DNA of 63,335 bases, filler included, from Octopus bimaculoides (GCF_001194135.2; 6 parts of 6 records of this genome joined end to end with filler, not necessarily neighbours in it), one strand, 5' to 3'. Counted from the whole stretch's first letter, positions 1 through 12,361 are shown. The notes: generated from the sequence alone by a model not told the origin. Numbers and translations: made by a program.

Positions 1-671
1 TACACTGGGTACATCTTATGGAGTTTCTACATACACCTTTTCTACAGATCGAGCAGGGCCATCTACCTGAAGGAGTGTGTGATGTGTTCGCCTTCCTACT
101 TACTAGGACTTTGGTTTTTGCAACATTGACTCTAAGGCCCTTCGATTGTAAACCTTGCTTCCACACCTGAAATTTCTTCTTTAGTTCTGGTAGTGATTCT
201 GCTATGCGGGCCAGGTCATCAGTATAGAGGAGCTCCCAGGGGCAACCTTTCTTGAATTCCTCTGTTATCACCTCCTGGAGGACTATGATGAATAAAAGTG
301 GGGCTGAGGGCTGATCCTTGGTGGACCCCTACTTCTACCCAGAATTCTTCACTATACTCATTGCCAACCCTGACCTTACTAACAGCATTTCTGTATTGGG
401 CCTGTACAGCCCTTATTAACCATTAATCAATCCTTAGTTTCCACATCGCCCCCCAGATAAGGGAACGAGGGACACTGTCAAAGGCTTTCTCCAAGTCCAC
501 AAAAGCCAAATATAGGAGTTTATCTTTGGCTAGGTATTTCTCCTGCAGTTGCCGTACCAGGAATATAGCATCAGTGGTGCTTCTACGTGAGACTAAACCG
601 AACTGCATCTCATCTAAGCAGACTCTCTCCCTAATTAGTTGGGCTGTGACCCTCTCCATGACCTTCATCAC
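1..671 (-). mobile_element. RTE-clade non-LTR retrotransposon, reverse transcriptase fragment (5'-truncated, frameshifted)
   Basis: ORF 423-671 reads QFGLVSRRSTTDAIFLVRQLQEKY...LYLAFVDLEKAFDSVPR. Further down the minus strand GVHQGSALSP and LLYTDDL motifs are readable. These are RT domains typical of RTE LINEs. Confidence 0.9.
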
Positions 672-674
672 CTA

Positions 675-1425
675 TCATCATCATCGTTTAACGTCCGCTT
701 TCCATGCTAGCATGGGTTGGACGATTTGACTGAGGACTGGTGAAACCGGATGGCAACACCAGGCTCCAATCTAATTTGGCAGAGTTTCTACAGCTGGATG
801 CCCTTCCTAACGCCAACCACTCAGAGAGTGTAGTGGGTGCTTTTACGTGTCACCCGCACGAAAACGGCCACGCTCGAAATGGTGTCTTTTATGTGCCNNN
901 NNNNNNNNNNNNNNNNNNNNNNNNNNNNNNNNNNNNNNNNNNNNNNNNNNNNNNNNNNNNNNNNNNNNNNNNNNNNNNNNNNNNNNNNNNNNNNNNNNNN
1001 NNNNNNNNNNNNNNNNNNNNNNNNNNNNNNNNNNNNNNNNNNNNNNNNNNNNNNNNNNNNNNNNNNNNNNNNNNNNNNNNNNNNNNNNNNNNNNNNNNNN
1101 NNNNNCCTCAGCCCAGGTCTTCCTGGGCCTACCTCTTCCACGGGTTCCCTCAACTGTTAGGGTGTGGCACTTTTTCACGCAGCTATCCTCACCACATGTC
1201 CATACCAGCGCAATCGTCTCTCTTGCACACCACAACTGATGCTTCTAATGTTCAGCTTTTCTCTCAAGATACTTACACTCTGACGGGTATTCACATTGAC
1301 ATTACACATCCAACGGAGCATACTGGCTTCATTCCTTGCGAGCTTACGTATGTCCTCAGCAGTTACAGCCCATGTTTCACTGCCATGTAGCATGGCTGTT
1401 CGTACGCATGCGTCATACAGTCTGC
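675..1425 (-). mobile_element. RTE LINE 3' end (ORF C-terminus, 3' UTR, (GAT)n tail); interrupted by N gap
   Basis: Minus-strand translations give LYDACVRTAMLHGSETWAV...RRLRWYGHV and TLTVEGTRGRGRPRKTW. The UTR ends in TAAACGATGATGATGAT, and the same UTR recurs at 5116-5375. Confidence 0.9.
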
Positions 1426-1821
1426 CTTTTAATATACATATATATATGTAAGCGAGATGATTATGCTTAAAACACTTTTGATCATTATTCGACTTCCTGA
1501 TTTGAACAATAACAACATGAGCACTGTTGATGCTAAGCCACAACCTTTATTGACATCAGTTGCAACTATAAACAGCTCTGATATCATCTAGTTTCTTTGG
1601 ACTCATACCTAACTTTGTTAATGATGGCTGGTTCAAGGAGATCATTGAAATGTTCAGTAAAATGTTATGTTAGAGAAGACAGAATGATTCCACTGGCATA
1701 ATGAAACCATGTAGACTCTATCTGATGGAATTATAAGTGTTTTATTTTCATGATAATTCTGTCATTAGGAAGTTGGATCTCATTGATTTCTTGAACATTC
1801 AACTATTTTTGCATTGGGAAG

Positions 1822-1893
1822 AATTTCTGCTGTACAAGTGTGTTTTTGCTCTGGTGTATACCAGAGCAAACACACACTTGTATAGCAGAAATT
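1822..1893. other. 72-nt hairpin (34-bp arms, 4-nt loop)
   Basis: AATTTCTGCTGTACAAGTGTGTTTTTGCTCTGGT-GTAT-ACCAGAGCAAACACACACTTGTATAGCAGAAATT; one G:U and one mismatch on the + strand. Confidence 0.9.
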
Positions 1894-2029
1894 TGTTCCA
1901 TCTTGCATGTGGATTCAGGATTATTGAGATAGAATTTTGCAAAGCGGTGTTTTTTCATTTAGTGCTACTGGATGAAGTATTGCAAGGTGTCTCATCCAAT
2001 GCTCTAACAGTATGGTCACTCTTGTCACA

Positions 2030-2445
2030 GTTTCTGTTAAATTAGTGCTTGTGATAATTTCAAATGTTCAAGAACCCAGTCATGGCTGTCAGACAATATG
2101 TGTGATCACATTACCCCTAACATCTGGCCACCTAACTCCCCAAAATACAACCCCCTTGATTATTATGTGTGGGGTGCAGTTGAGCGAGGGACCAACAAAA
2201 TTCCTTGTACCAACAAAGATGAATTGAAGGCAAGGATTACGGCAGCATTCACCAACTTAAACAAGGAGACCATCCAGAAGAGTTGCAGGAGATTCCGATG
2301 TCGCCTGGAGGCCATGGTTGAAGTCAATGGCGATTTTATTGAATAATTTTACTCTTTAGTATTTCAAGATATTTTTATGTAGAGATGTTAATGTTATTTT
2401 CATTTTTGCGTAATTTAGACAACAGTTTATTCACTGCACCCTGTA
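2030..2445 (+). mobile_element. Tc1/mariner (maT/DD37D-like) transposase 3' fragment with right TIR
   Basis: ORF 2098-2346 has WPPNSPKYNPLDYYVWG...CRRFRCRLEAMVEVNGDFIE. The element ends TTCACTGCACCCTG followed by TA (2444-2445). Same family as 47055-48234. Confidence 0.85.
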
Positions 2446-2949
2446 GATATATATAAGTATATATACACACACACATAAACACACACATATCTATATTCAT
2501 GTGTGTGTGTGTGTGTGTGTATTAATGTTTACAGCATTAACATAAGTGCTACTAATAGTACTGAGTTTCATGCTATGGAGACATGGTAATTTGGCAGATT
2601 TATATAAAGTACCTTGTGTCTCTAAGCACTCTTTCAGACTCAGTACACATGGTCAGTCCTATTTGAAAACCAGGATGCTGGTACATGAGAAAACATTTAG
2701 ACATTATTGTGGATTATTTTTTAGAAACTTTAAAACTTTAGAAAATTGATATTTATTATTTTTAATCCTTAAATGTTTTAGAAATCCATTTGAATATTTT
2801 CTAATTTTGTGGTGCATCTGGACTCACTTTGTGATACAAGATAACATTTTAACATACTCACCATCTGAGACCTACTCACTTCGTATATATAATGAAGTGA
2901 GTACCAGTATAATTAATATAAATGGTTTGGTTTACTATATCAATTATAA

Positions 2950-3250
2950 TTACACTGTAGTGCTGAGAGAAAAAAATACAGGAATCCTTTGTGCCATGGA
3001 ATGTGTAAAGTACAGGAATCTTTTGCCATAGAGTGTTTTTTTTTTCCAAACTACCATGTTTATCAGCACACTACACAAATTCTCATCCTTGATCCATGTA
3101 CTCATGAATCGTTCCATTTTAAGCATTATATTAGATTTATGGGGAAATATGGTGGAGGCAGTTAACGGAGTAGCTTCTGGAGCACTTGACATAATTTTCT
3201 CTCTGTACTCTGTCACATCTTGTTACCACAGTACAAGTTGCAACATTTAA
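2950..3250 (-). mobile_element. Possible Tigger/pogo-like transposase N-terminal (CENP-B HTH) remnant
   Basis: ORF 2950-3216 (APEATPLTASTIF..SNIMLKMERFMSTWIKDEN..KKKTLY) resembles the Tigger 'KMEKLLxxWIED...KAKSLF' region, by eye only. Confidence 0.45.
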
Positions 3251-3759
3251 TGTTTCAGTAATATAACTCAGGTTTTCTTCCACATCAAGTCATTTTAAAA
3301 CGCCAAGTTTGATATTCAGTGTAATCTTTTTATGGTTTCTTTCCACACAGTTGCCTTCAGTTCTACTTAATATCTTCTTTCCAGACATCTTAAACTGAAG
3401 AGAAATCCAAAAGTGCCAGTAATTAATTTTCCACAATAAATATGTAGTAAAAAAAAAAAAATTAGCTGAGGAAAGATCTGTTTTGAGAGAGTGGAAAATT
3501 CTTACTCCTATGGATGCAATAATGAAAATGAGATGAAAAGGTGAAGGACTGAGGAAGAGAAATACGATNNNNNNNNNNNNNNNNNNNNNNNNNNNNNNNN
3601 NNNNNNNNNNNNNNNNNNNNNNNNNNNNNNNNNNNNNNNNNNNNNNNNNNNNNNNNNNNNNNNNNNNNNNNNNNNNNNNNNNNNNNNNNNNNNNNNNNNN
3701 NNNNNNNNNNNNNNNNNNNNNNNNNNNNNNNNNNNNNNNNNNNNNNNNNNNNNNNNNNN

Positions 3760-4051
3760 GAAAACACCTAAAGCTCCACGAGGCTCCGGCAGGGGATGGT
3801 GACGAACTCTGCTGTACTCTTTCACCACAACTTTCTCTCACTCTTACTTCCTGTTTCTGTTGTGCCTGTAATTCAAAGGGTCAGCTTTGTCATACTGTGT
3901 CACGCTGAATCTCCCCGAGAACTACATTAAGGGTACACGTGTTTGTGGAGTGCTCAGTCACTTGCATGTTAATTTCACGAGCAGGCTGTTCCGTTGATCG
4001 GATCAACTGGAACCCTTGACGTCATAAGCGACGGAGTGCCAACAGCAACAG
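3760..4051 (+). mobile_element. tRNA-derived SINE (family A), body and 3' end; head lost in gap
   Basis: Near-identical to the reverse complement of 39242-39530; ends GGAGTGCCAACAGCAACAG. Confidence 0.85.
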
Positions 4052-5076
4052 TTAGCTGAAAGGCCACCAGATTTTATTGGCAATTTGCCCCTTATACTTC
4101 TGACTTAAACACGCACTCACACACTACACAAATATTCATACACACCCCTTGATACACACATGCTCATACACACACACACACATTCTCTATTATTATTGGA
4201 ATGAAATTCAATCATTATATTATAATATAGTATAGTATATGCTATTTATATTTGTTATTTCCAGTTATTTTAATTTGTTTGATTTTTAAATTAAGCCATA
4301 GTTAGTATTCTATTTCAGTGTTTTTAATGTTAGGTTTAATTTGTTACCTGTTTAATTAATTTAAGATTCTAGATTATATACCAGCACAAGTATATATTGA
4401 TGTACATACTTGTTGCGTGTGCTTGTGTGTGTATGTATATATGTGTGTATACATACATATATATACTTGTATGCATGTACGTAGGCACATATACATGCAT
4501 ACATGCACAAACATAGGTATAAATTTGGTTTCACTTTTACTTTATTTTATTCCATGAACAGAAATTTAATTTTCCTTTCTTTTATTCATTATATTAATTT
4601 ACTCATATATAATATAACCCATTATTCATCATTATTACTATTACTATTATTGAATTGAAATAACAGGAATAATTTTAATGCATACATACACACTCGCACA
4701 TATACATACATGCATAGTAAACATGTTTATATATTCTGTATATTCCGAAAGTATCCTAATAAAATCCTTATTGTCCTCTGAAAATCCTGATGATTTTCCT
4801 TATAAGGTATTTAAAATGCAAAATTATATTTTTATATATGTTTTGTAATTTTAATCTTATTTGAGAATTAAAACAATTGTTGGTGAATATGTTGATTAAT
4901 TAATAAATTAATTTGTATCCATTAGATCCTTGTTTTCTAACCCAATAAAAATGTTTGATATCTTATGATATTCTCTATAATATATTCATTGAAGAATTAT
5001 CTCTTCAAAATTTAATATATTAAACTTATGTATCATGGATAAATATCCTTATAGTAGGTCTGAATATCCCCATTGT

Positions 5077-5078
<2 letters not shown>

Positions 5079-5118
<40 letters not shown>

Positions 5119-5375
5119 TCATCATCATCATCGTTTAACGTCCGTTTTCCATGCTAGCATGGGTTGGACGATTTGACTGAGGACTGGCAAGCCAGAAGGC
5201 TGCACCAGGCTCCAATCTGATCTGGCAGAGTTTCTACAGCTGGATGCCCTTCCTAACGCCAGCCACTCCAAGAGTGTAGTGGGTGCTTTTACGTGCTGGT
5301 GGCACGAGGGCCAGTCACATGGTACTGACAACGGCCACGCTCAAAAGGGTGTTTTTTATGTGTCACCTGCACGGG
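5079..5375 (-). mobile_element. RTE 3' UTR copy with (GAT)n tail abutting (AT)n microsatellite
   Basis: 5116-5375 closely matches 675-897 (CGTTTAACGTCCG..CCATGCTAGCATGGGTTGGACG..GGATGCCCTTCCTAACGCC). Confidence 0.85.
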
Positions 5376-5579
5376 AGGCATTGCTGAAAAGTTCTTGGCT
5401 TTGAGTAAAAAAAAATATAGGAGGATCAGTTAATTATGATTTTATTCAACATATTCTCCTCTCACATTCACACACTTACTGCAGCAGTCCTTCAGTGTTT
5501 CAAAGCCCTATAAAAAAACTTTTGAGTACCCCATCATATATACATATACTTACATTATATATACTTTATACATACATGT

Positions 5580-5765
5580 ATGCTGGTGCCATGTAAGAGT
5601 GCTTGTGTGCTGCCACGTTAAAAGTACTCAAAAAATTTTGTAAAATGGTTGGTGTTAGGAAGATGCCAAATCAGACTGGAACCTGGTGCAGCTCTCCTGC
5701 TTGCCAGCCCTGGTCAAACCATCCAACCCATGCCAGCATGGAAAGCAGATGTTAAATGATGATGA
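5580..5765 (+). mobile_element. Diverged RTE 3'-tail-related copy, opposite orientation to 5116-5375
   Basis: GGTGTTAGGAAG..CCAACCCATGCCAGCATGGAAAGCAGATGTTAAATGATGATGA is the reverse complement of the same tail. Confidence 0.75.
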
Positions 5766-6640
5766 AGAAAATGATGCGTGTATATGATGTATGTTTTTCA
5801 AATCAGTGATTACATGCTTTGATCTTGACTAAAATGCAAGTGGCCAATGTGCTAAGAAGAAAGTGTAGTTTGAAATTGTTTATAATTTAAAACTTCAAAA
5901 TCTGAGTTTCCGAAAGTGTGATATTACAGGTCGTATCCTGAAATTAATGGTCATACATTATTGGATATAAACAAACAACCAAACATATAATAAAATAACT
6001 AATTTCAGATTTTGACAAAAAGTATTTAATTAGAAAATATGTAACAAGTGGCTAAAAAAACCCTGATATACAAAATGTAGCAACATATTTATATTCTTTT
6101 GTATCAGTTCTTATACAAGTGTTGCACTTTAACATAAAATGGAATGTTTTTTTTTGTTTTTACAATCAAGATAGAAGATGTATAGAACACCATTTTATCT
6201 CTTAGATGTACCCTTTCTCTTTAAACAAGCTTTGTTACATTCATCCATATAGTGTCACACTTGTTTATTTTTTCTCAAATGTACCCTTTAAAACCTCCCT
6301 CAGTCATTAATTTCTAGTAATAAAAACAATTAATCCACAATGAGATGGCTTATTAGGTATATATATATATATATCTCTGCAGGACTAATAAAACCAAAAA
6401 CAATCCATGGAAAATACAAAAATAGATTTGGATATCCTGAGTTAGCAGAATGAATATGTTAAATGATTTAGAAGTCACTTATTAAATATAATTATTATAG
6501 ATTTTTCTTTTTAATTGCAGAGAAATCTGATTTTTTTGAAATGATTACATTAGCATTGTAAAAAAGAAAATATTTCTTTTAAAAATATACATTTGAAGGT
6601 AATTGCAATTTGAAAACTCATTTCAATATATATATATACA

Positions 6641-6754
6641 TATAAGGCAAAGAAGTAAATGGAGAAGATAATTAGTTGACAAACATCAGCTTACAAGTTT
6701 GTAAGCTGATGTTTGTCAACTAATTATCTTCTCCATTTTCTTCTATGCCTTATA
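6641..6754. repeat. Near-perfect palindrome, 56-bp arms, 2-nt centre
   Basis: Arms 6641-6696 and 6699-6754 differ at 2 positions; both ends are TATA. Confidence 0.95.
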
Positions 6755-7223
6755 AATTCTGGGTAAACTTTTGTTTGCCTCCACTCATACCTATTATTCA
6801 ATTGTGCTATTGCCTTACAACACAGTAAGCATCTGGATATAAATACATAGGTATACATCCAGTAGTATAGAGGATATCTATTATCCCTTAGATGGTTGTT
6901 TAATCTCTAACTCATATAGGCATATATATATATATAAATTCAAAAGGGGGCATTATTATTTTTTCTGTAGTAATGCCCATTATATAAATATATATATATA
7001 TATATATATAGTAAGATAATAAAAAGCAGTTCTTGGTACAGTGTATTATATTTGAAAAAATGAGCAGAGATGGCTTTTGGGAGGATAATTTTCATTTTAA
7101 TGATAATGTTTCCAGTTACTCTGAGTTTCGAGCATTTTGGAATTTTCTCGATGTGAACTTTCCAGTGCAGTAATTAGATNNNNNNNNNNNNNNNNNNNNN
7201 NNNNNNNNNNNNNNNNNNNNNNN

Positions 7224-7235
7224 TTAATTAATTAA
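7224..7235. other. Assembly linker TTAATTAATTAA inside a 100-bp N block (also at 32448, 40858, 50035, 62107)
   Basis: The same 12-mer is flanked by about 44 N on each side at five places. Technical, not biological. Confidence 0.95.
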
Positions 7236-7279
7236 NNNNNNNNNNNNNNNNNNNNNNNNNNNNNNNNNNNNNNNNNNNN

Positions 7280-7636
7280 TAAAGTGTTGATACCCATTAT
7301 CTTGTTTTTAGCATTGAGCTCTGTTTTTAGTATTGATCTAACTCGTCTATAATACTCTTTCTTTATTTTTTCTTTCATTTGTGTATGTTGTATCCTATCT
7401 AGTTCATTGACTCCTAAATACTTATATGGTTGGCTTTCGTCTAGTTCTCTTATTTCATTGGCTTTATCTAGTGTTATATTGCTACTTTTAACTAATTTTC
7501 CTCTTTTCAGGGTTGCTTTGGCACATTTTTCTAATCCGAATTTCATTTCTATTTCCTTGGTAAAGCCGTGTACTGTCTGTAGTAGTGTTTCTAGCTCTTT
7601 GTCGTTTTTTGCATATAATTTTAGGTCATCCATATA

Positions 7637-7637
<1 letters not shown>
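7280..7637 (-). mobile_element. R4/Dong-like (RLE-type) non-LTR RT fragment, open frame
   Basis: YMDDLKLYAKNDKELETLLQTVHGFTKEIEMKFGLEKCAK...YKYLG...EYYRRVRSILKTELNAKNKI. The 5' truncation point abuts (TAA)n at 7638-7668. Confidence 0.9.
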
Positions 7638-7668
<31 letters not shown>

Positions 7669-7744
7669 GCATTTTCATCATTTCTACTTCATTACAATTG
7701 CTATTGGGGTTTTAATATTATTATGAATATTATACAAATCGACA

Positions 7745-8385
7745 AGGCGATGAAATGGCAAAGGCATTAGCAGTCCAAAGGAAATTCTTAGCGGTGTTCC
7801 CTTAGACTTTAACTTGAGAATTCAAATTCCGCCGAATTCGATTTTGCCTGTCATCCTTTCGATGTAGATAAAATACGTACCAGTTGAGCACTGGGGTTGA
7901 TGTAATGGAGTTATCCCATCCAACCAAATTTCCTCGCACTCTGCTAAAATTTTAAAAACGATATTATACAAGGCGTCGAGCTAGCAGAATAGTTAGCACG
8001 CCCGACATAGAGCTCAACAACATTTTGTCAGTTCTCATGCTCGAAGTTGAAACTCCACCGATGTCGACTTTAGCTTTTTTCATTTCGCAGTGGATAAGTT
8101 ATGTACCAGGTGAGCACGGATATCCAAGTAATCGACTTATTCGCTTCCCCGAAATTACTGGCTTTGTCCCAAAATTTGAATCAATACTATAAAAGGCGGC
8201 CAAGAGCCAGATTCCTTAGGATGCCGGACATAATGTTCAGCCGCATTTTATTGACGCTCTTAATTCAGATGTTGTCAATGTCGGCTTTACTTTTCATCGT
8301 TTCGGTCTTGGTAAAATAAGTAGCTGTTAAGTACTTGGGGGGTCAGTGTAATCGTCCTCCCCTCCACCAAACTTTATACATATAG
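7745..8385 (+). mobile_element. Three head-to-tail CORE-type tRNA SINE copies (family B)
   Basis: Units at about 7745-7960, 7968-8185 and 8190-8385 each carry the TTTGCCTTTCATCCTTTC..GATAAAAT(A)AGTACCAG-like core. They resemble octopus OR-type CORE-SINEs, from memory. Confidence 0.75.
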
Positions 8386-8864
8386 AAGAACATTTCTATT
8401 ACCATTACATATGCTGGCTCTAACTTAAAGAGTTGTGAAAAAGTGAATATTTATGCGTATTCCAGATTTCCCAGAAGCTTTCGAAGGGTAGTGTCTTTCT
8501 GTTTCTGTTTATATTATCTCCATTGATTATACTTCGTTTGTGTGCGCGCACGCATTGTAGATTCAGAATGGTCATCTGGAACCGCCCTCGTTGTGAAACT
8601 CACAATAACAAGATGGCCTGTGGTCAGTTATGTTATTACTATGTCTGTTACAACATTAATCATTACTTCATTGGTGTCATTCTCTAAATTCAGTTTTCTG
8701 ATCGTCCTTCTAATTTCAATGTTTCAGTTTTCCTTCGAAGCTGACCGCCAAAAAACTCTTACACCTGTCGAGCGTGGTTCCAATACTATTTTACTTCCAT
8801 TCTTTGTATTTAATAGTCCTTCTGCCAACAATAGAAATGATTATATACATCGAAAAAAGGCGCG

Positions 8865-9075
8865 AAGCTGGCAGAATTGTTAACAATACGAACAAAATGC
8901 TTTGGCAGCATTTCCTCATCTTTACATTCTGAATTTCAATTCCACTGTGGTCGACCTTGCCTTTCATCTTGTCGGGATCGATAAAATAAGTACCAGCTGA
9001 ATACCTTTGTCGATTTATATGCGTCGAATAAACCACTCCCCGAACTTGCTGGCCATATGTCTAAACATATTAAGC
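8865..9075 (-). mobile_element. Family B SINE, reverse orientation
   Basis: Contains GACCTTGCCTTTCATCTTGTCGGGATCGATAAAATAAGTACCAG core. The strand is uncertain because the core reads on +. Confidence 0.55.
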
Positions 9076-9637
9076 CAACATTGTCATGTTATTGCATATA
9101 TTTATATTAATATTTGTCTTATTAATCAATATCATCATTATTATAATTGCTATTTTATTTCTTCTATTACTATATATTTTACTATAAGTATTATTTGTAT
9201 GTTGTTTTTTTCCCCTTATTTCCAATGCTGTTATTTTTACTATTATTGTAATTCAACCCACTTGGAGGGACGTGTCTTTGTGGGCCTCCATCGCTCCGCC
9301 ACAACACATCTCCCTCGGATTTCTTACACTCATTTCCTACTGTTTATATTCTATTCGCATATAATAATCTAAGTGGTCTTATTTGCATACCGAAGTATAT
9401 AAAACATTGCGTCGCATGTTGTATTGTAATTTTGCGAATATTGCTTATAAAGGAACGACTGTATTCAGCACGTAAATTCGACTCCAAGCTTACGTAATTG
9501 ACGGTTGATACACCCAAAAGCATGTATATTTTATAAAACATAGCAGACACGCGTGGCTTAGTGTATACTATTCCCAGCATCGCAATGAGTGTTTGAGCAA
9601 AACACATATTGCACTAAGTAGTAAAATATATGAACTC

Positions 9638-9787
9638 TACCTGTAATTCAAAGGAACAGTCATATCGCACTCAGCGTCGCGCTGAATCTCCTTGAGAAGA
9701 GCGCGAAGGATTCGCTTGTCTCTAGAGAGCTAACCTTCATCCTTTTTAGTTTCACGTGCACACTCTTCCATTGATCGGATCAACTAC
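9638..9787 (+). mobile_element. Old family A SINE fragment
   Basis: CCTGTAATTCAAAGG..CGCTGAATCTCC..TTGATCGGATCAACT matches 3865-4010. Confidence 0.6.
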
Positions 9788-9939
9788 AAATCACAAAACA
9801 TATATTTCATTTTTGGCTTATTTCCCGGAAACAATATTCTCGTCTATAGGATTAACATTCGATTTATTCTCAGTACTTTTAAATGTTACTTGGCATTGAA
9901 ATATTGAGACAGTTTTATAATATATTTTTCATAGTTGTA

Positions 9940-9963
9940 CATGTATGTGTATATATACATATA

Positions 9964-10022
<59 letters not shown>

Positions 10023-10179
10023 ATATATATGTATATCATATATTTATACATATATATATATATGCATATGTGAATATGTGAATATGTGTGTATGTACATG
10101 TATATAATNNNNNNNNNNNNNNNNNNNNNNNNNNNNNNNNNNNNNNNNNNNNNNNNNNNNNNNNNNNNNNNNNNNNNNN

Positions 10180-10214
<35 letters not shown>

Positions 10215-10220
10215 GTGTAT
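9940..10220. repeat. (AT)n/(GT)n microsatellite with gap
   Basis: Direct reading. Confidence 0.95.
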
Positions 10221-10269
10221 GTATTTACATACAAACATGCAGACACCCATATCCTCTGCCTACTGTAGA

Positions 10270-10430
10270 TACGTACGAAATTCCTGTCACCAAGACGCTA
10301 CAAGAAATAACATTTACTTCTAAGTTGGAGCTTCGCAGGTGGTTGTTTTGAAACATTCGTCTATATCTCGGAACTTCCTTAAAGTGCATCCTAATAAATT
10401 TACTAGTAATGTAAGGAATTTGAACGCACA
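10270..10430 (-). mobile_element. Degenerate RTE RT C-terminal remnant
   Basis: KFIRMHFKEVPRYRRMF..LRSSNL..SCSVLVTGISYVS resembles the RTE 'L.S..L...L...CV.S.L.Y.SE' region. Confidence 0.35.
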
Positions 10431-12361
10431 ATGCAAGGGGCTGGAATAATTAATGCAAATATTCTAAGCTAGTACATTTATATTTCTCTCCAGTTGTCAA
10501 ACTACACATGGTACCCTGCACATCTATATGCACGCATGCATGCGCGTTTTAGATGTGGTAAATGTGTACTACACGTTCCTTCGAAAAGAAGAAAGCTAAG
10601 AGATGTATTTCCTATATTTTCTCTTGCCTTTGTAGAAAGAATGTATTTGTTACTGCAGTTTTCTTAACGACTATTGTCAATTCCTATAATTAATTCACTG
10701 CTCGAATTTATTCTTTAGAAGTAAATACGTTCTCTGATGTTTGCATTTACAAACATCACGTCTAAACAACCCCGTCGTAATGTAGAATTTACATTTTTGT
10801 TCTCCACATTGGGGTTTTCTATCACCATTTTACTTCTCATAATTGTTTTCTTACCGTTAATGAGATCTTGTGCTATATCTAGAGAAAATTATGACATTAT
10901 ACAGCATGTGAATATAACAATTTATTGCGAATGCTCTAAACAGAAAATTATTATTCTTTGCACATAGTGCATATATTGCTATTTATTTCACTCTTTTTCA
11001 TTTGTTTCCATACCTGCTGACTCATATCTAATTTACTGTTCCAGAATGACCACTCGTTTGGAAAATGGTATACTCACAGGTAAATAAATCTAAATACAGA
11101 TATATATATATATCTTTGTCGTTATATGTAGGTACATGTTTGCGTATGTTTCTTCTAAACATGTTTCATTAAAGCCATCACTATGTTCTGTTTTACCACA
11201 TCTTTTTCTCATCTTAGTTTCAGTTTCTTGTAGCCATTTTGGATCTATAAATTTCCTAAATCTATATTCAACGTTTACAGACCTTCATAAACATTGTTTA
11301 ATGAATTTCAATAGATATGCCCTCGGCATTGTTTGTTATGTACTTTTTCTATTTATTTACTCCTGAGCTAGAAACCTGAAAGCAGGAACTCCTAGTTAGA
11401 AAACATTGCAGAAATTTGAGTAATGTATGAGAAGTAGCAGAAATGGCGGTTACATTTCAGATTCTAAACTGAGATTATGAAAACCTGGAGGTGTTGAATA
11501 TGTATTTAGGAAGTCCATCGTTCCACACTAAACCTAATATGTTATACGAAATTATCAAAACTGTATAATAATAAAAGAATTATTTGAAACTTGAACTTGC
11601 TTGCATCACATTCACGTACGTGTCTTTCACTTAGCTATAACTTAGCATCTAGCGAATGTTGATAGTTCCATGTGGTCATTTAATTATATCTATATTGCAT
11701 CGCGTTATTACTATTACAAATTACCATTGCGTTTGCGTCTCGTGTCCTAGGTTTGTTTTCAATTAAGTTCAAAGTACTTCGATGCATACGAATTTTAAAT
11801 TCGTATCTGATTCGCTAAATATATTAATGAATATTTCTCGATGACGTTGTTAAATCATTAAGTACTTACGTATTAGCGTTTACCATATTTTATTTGTATT
11901 ATGAAAAAAAGAAAATTATTTTCCTCAGAATATTCATATTATCACACTTCTTTGTTATTTTAATAAACATATTTTCTATTGGTATATGAAATGCCATCGA
12001 TTCAATTATCAGAACTACGTGGTAGCAAATAACTATGTTTTCTTTGAAAACACAACCAAATACGAAAGGTTTATAGAGATCGAAACAAAACCTCTGTCAG
12101 TTTTTAGGCACATCCCTTTAAATTTTGTTTCACATTTTTTTTGTTTTTTTTTTATTCTCTGAAGTCAGTTTTCACTTTTATCCTCCTGCAGTCGATGGAA
12201 TCATTTCTGGTTAAATACTTTTGAAATATATCGAAGTTTATGGTGTTTTGCCAAATATAAAATTTATTATATATTATAATTGCATTTTAAATGTCTTTAT
12301 CGATTTCATATATTTTTCTTCTCCATTTCCTTCATTACGAACATCATCATCACCTTCAAAA

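Noticed and set aside
727-750. CTGAGGA-CTGGT-GAAAC hammerhead-like string in the RTE UTR
   Set aside because: No stem II and no UH cleavage site; the sister copy at 5177 lacks GAAAC.
1560-1990. Possible piggyBac-like remnant on the minus strand
   Set aside because: Only a vague resemblance with many stops, and no TIR or TTAA boundary found.
11485-11560. LRR-like minus-strand exon (LIISYNILGLVWNDGLPKYI)
   Set aside because: It would be 76 nt, start in phase 1 and use a weak donor (GTTTTC); incompatible with the phase-2 LRRNT exon.
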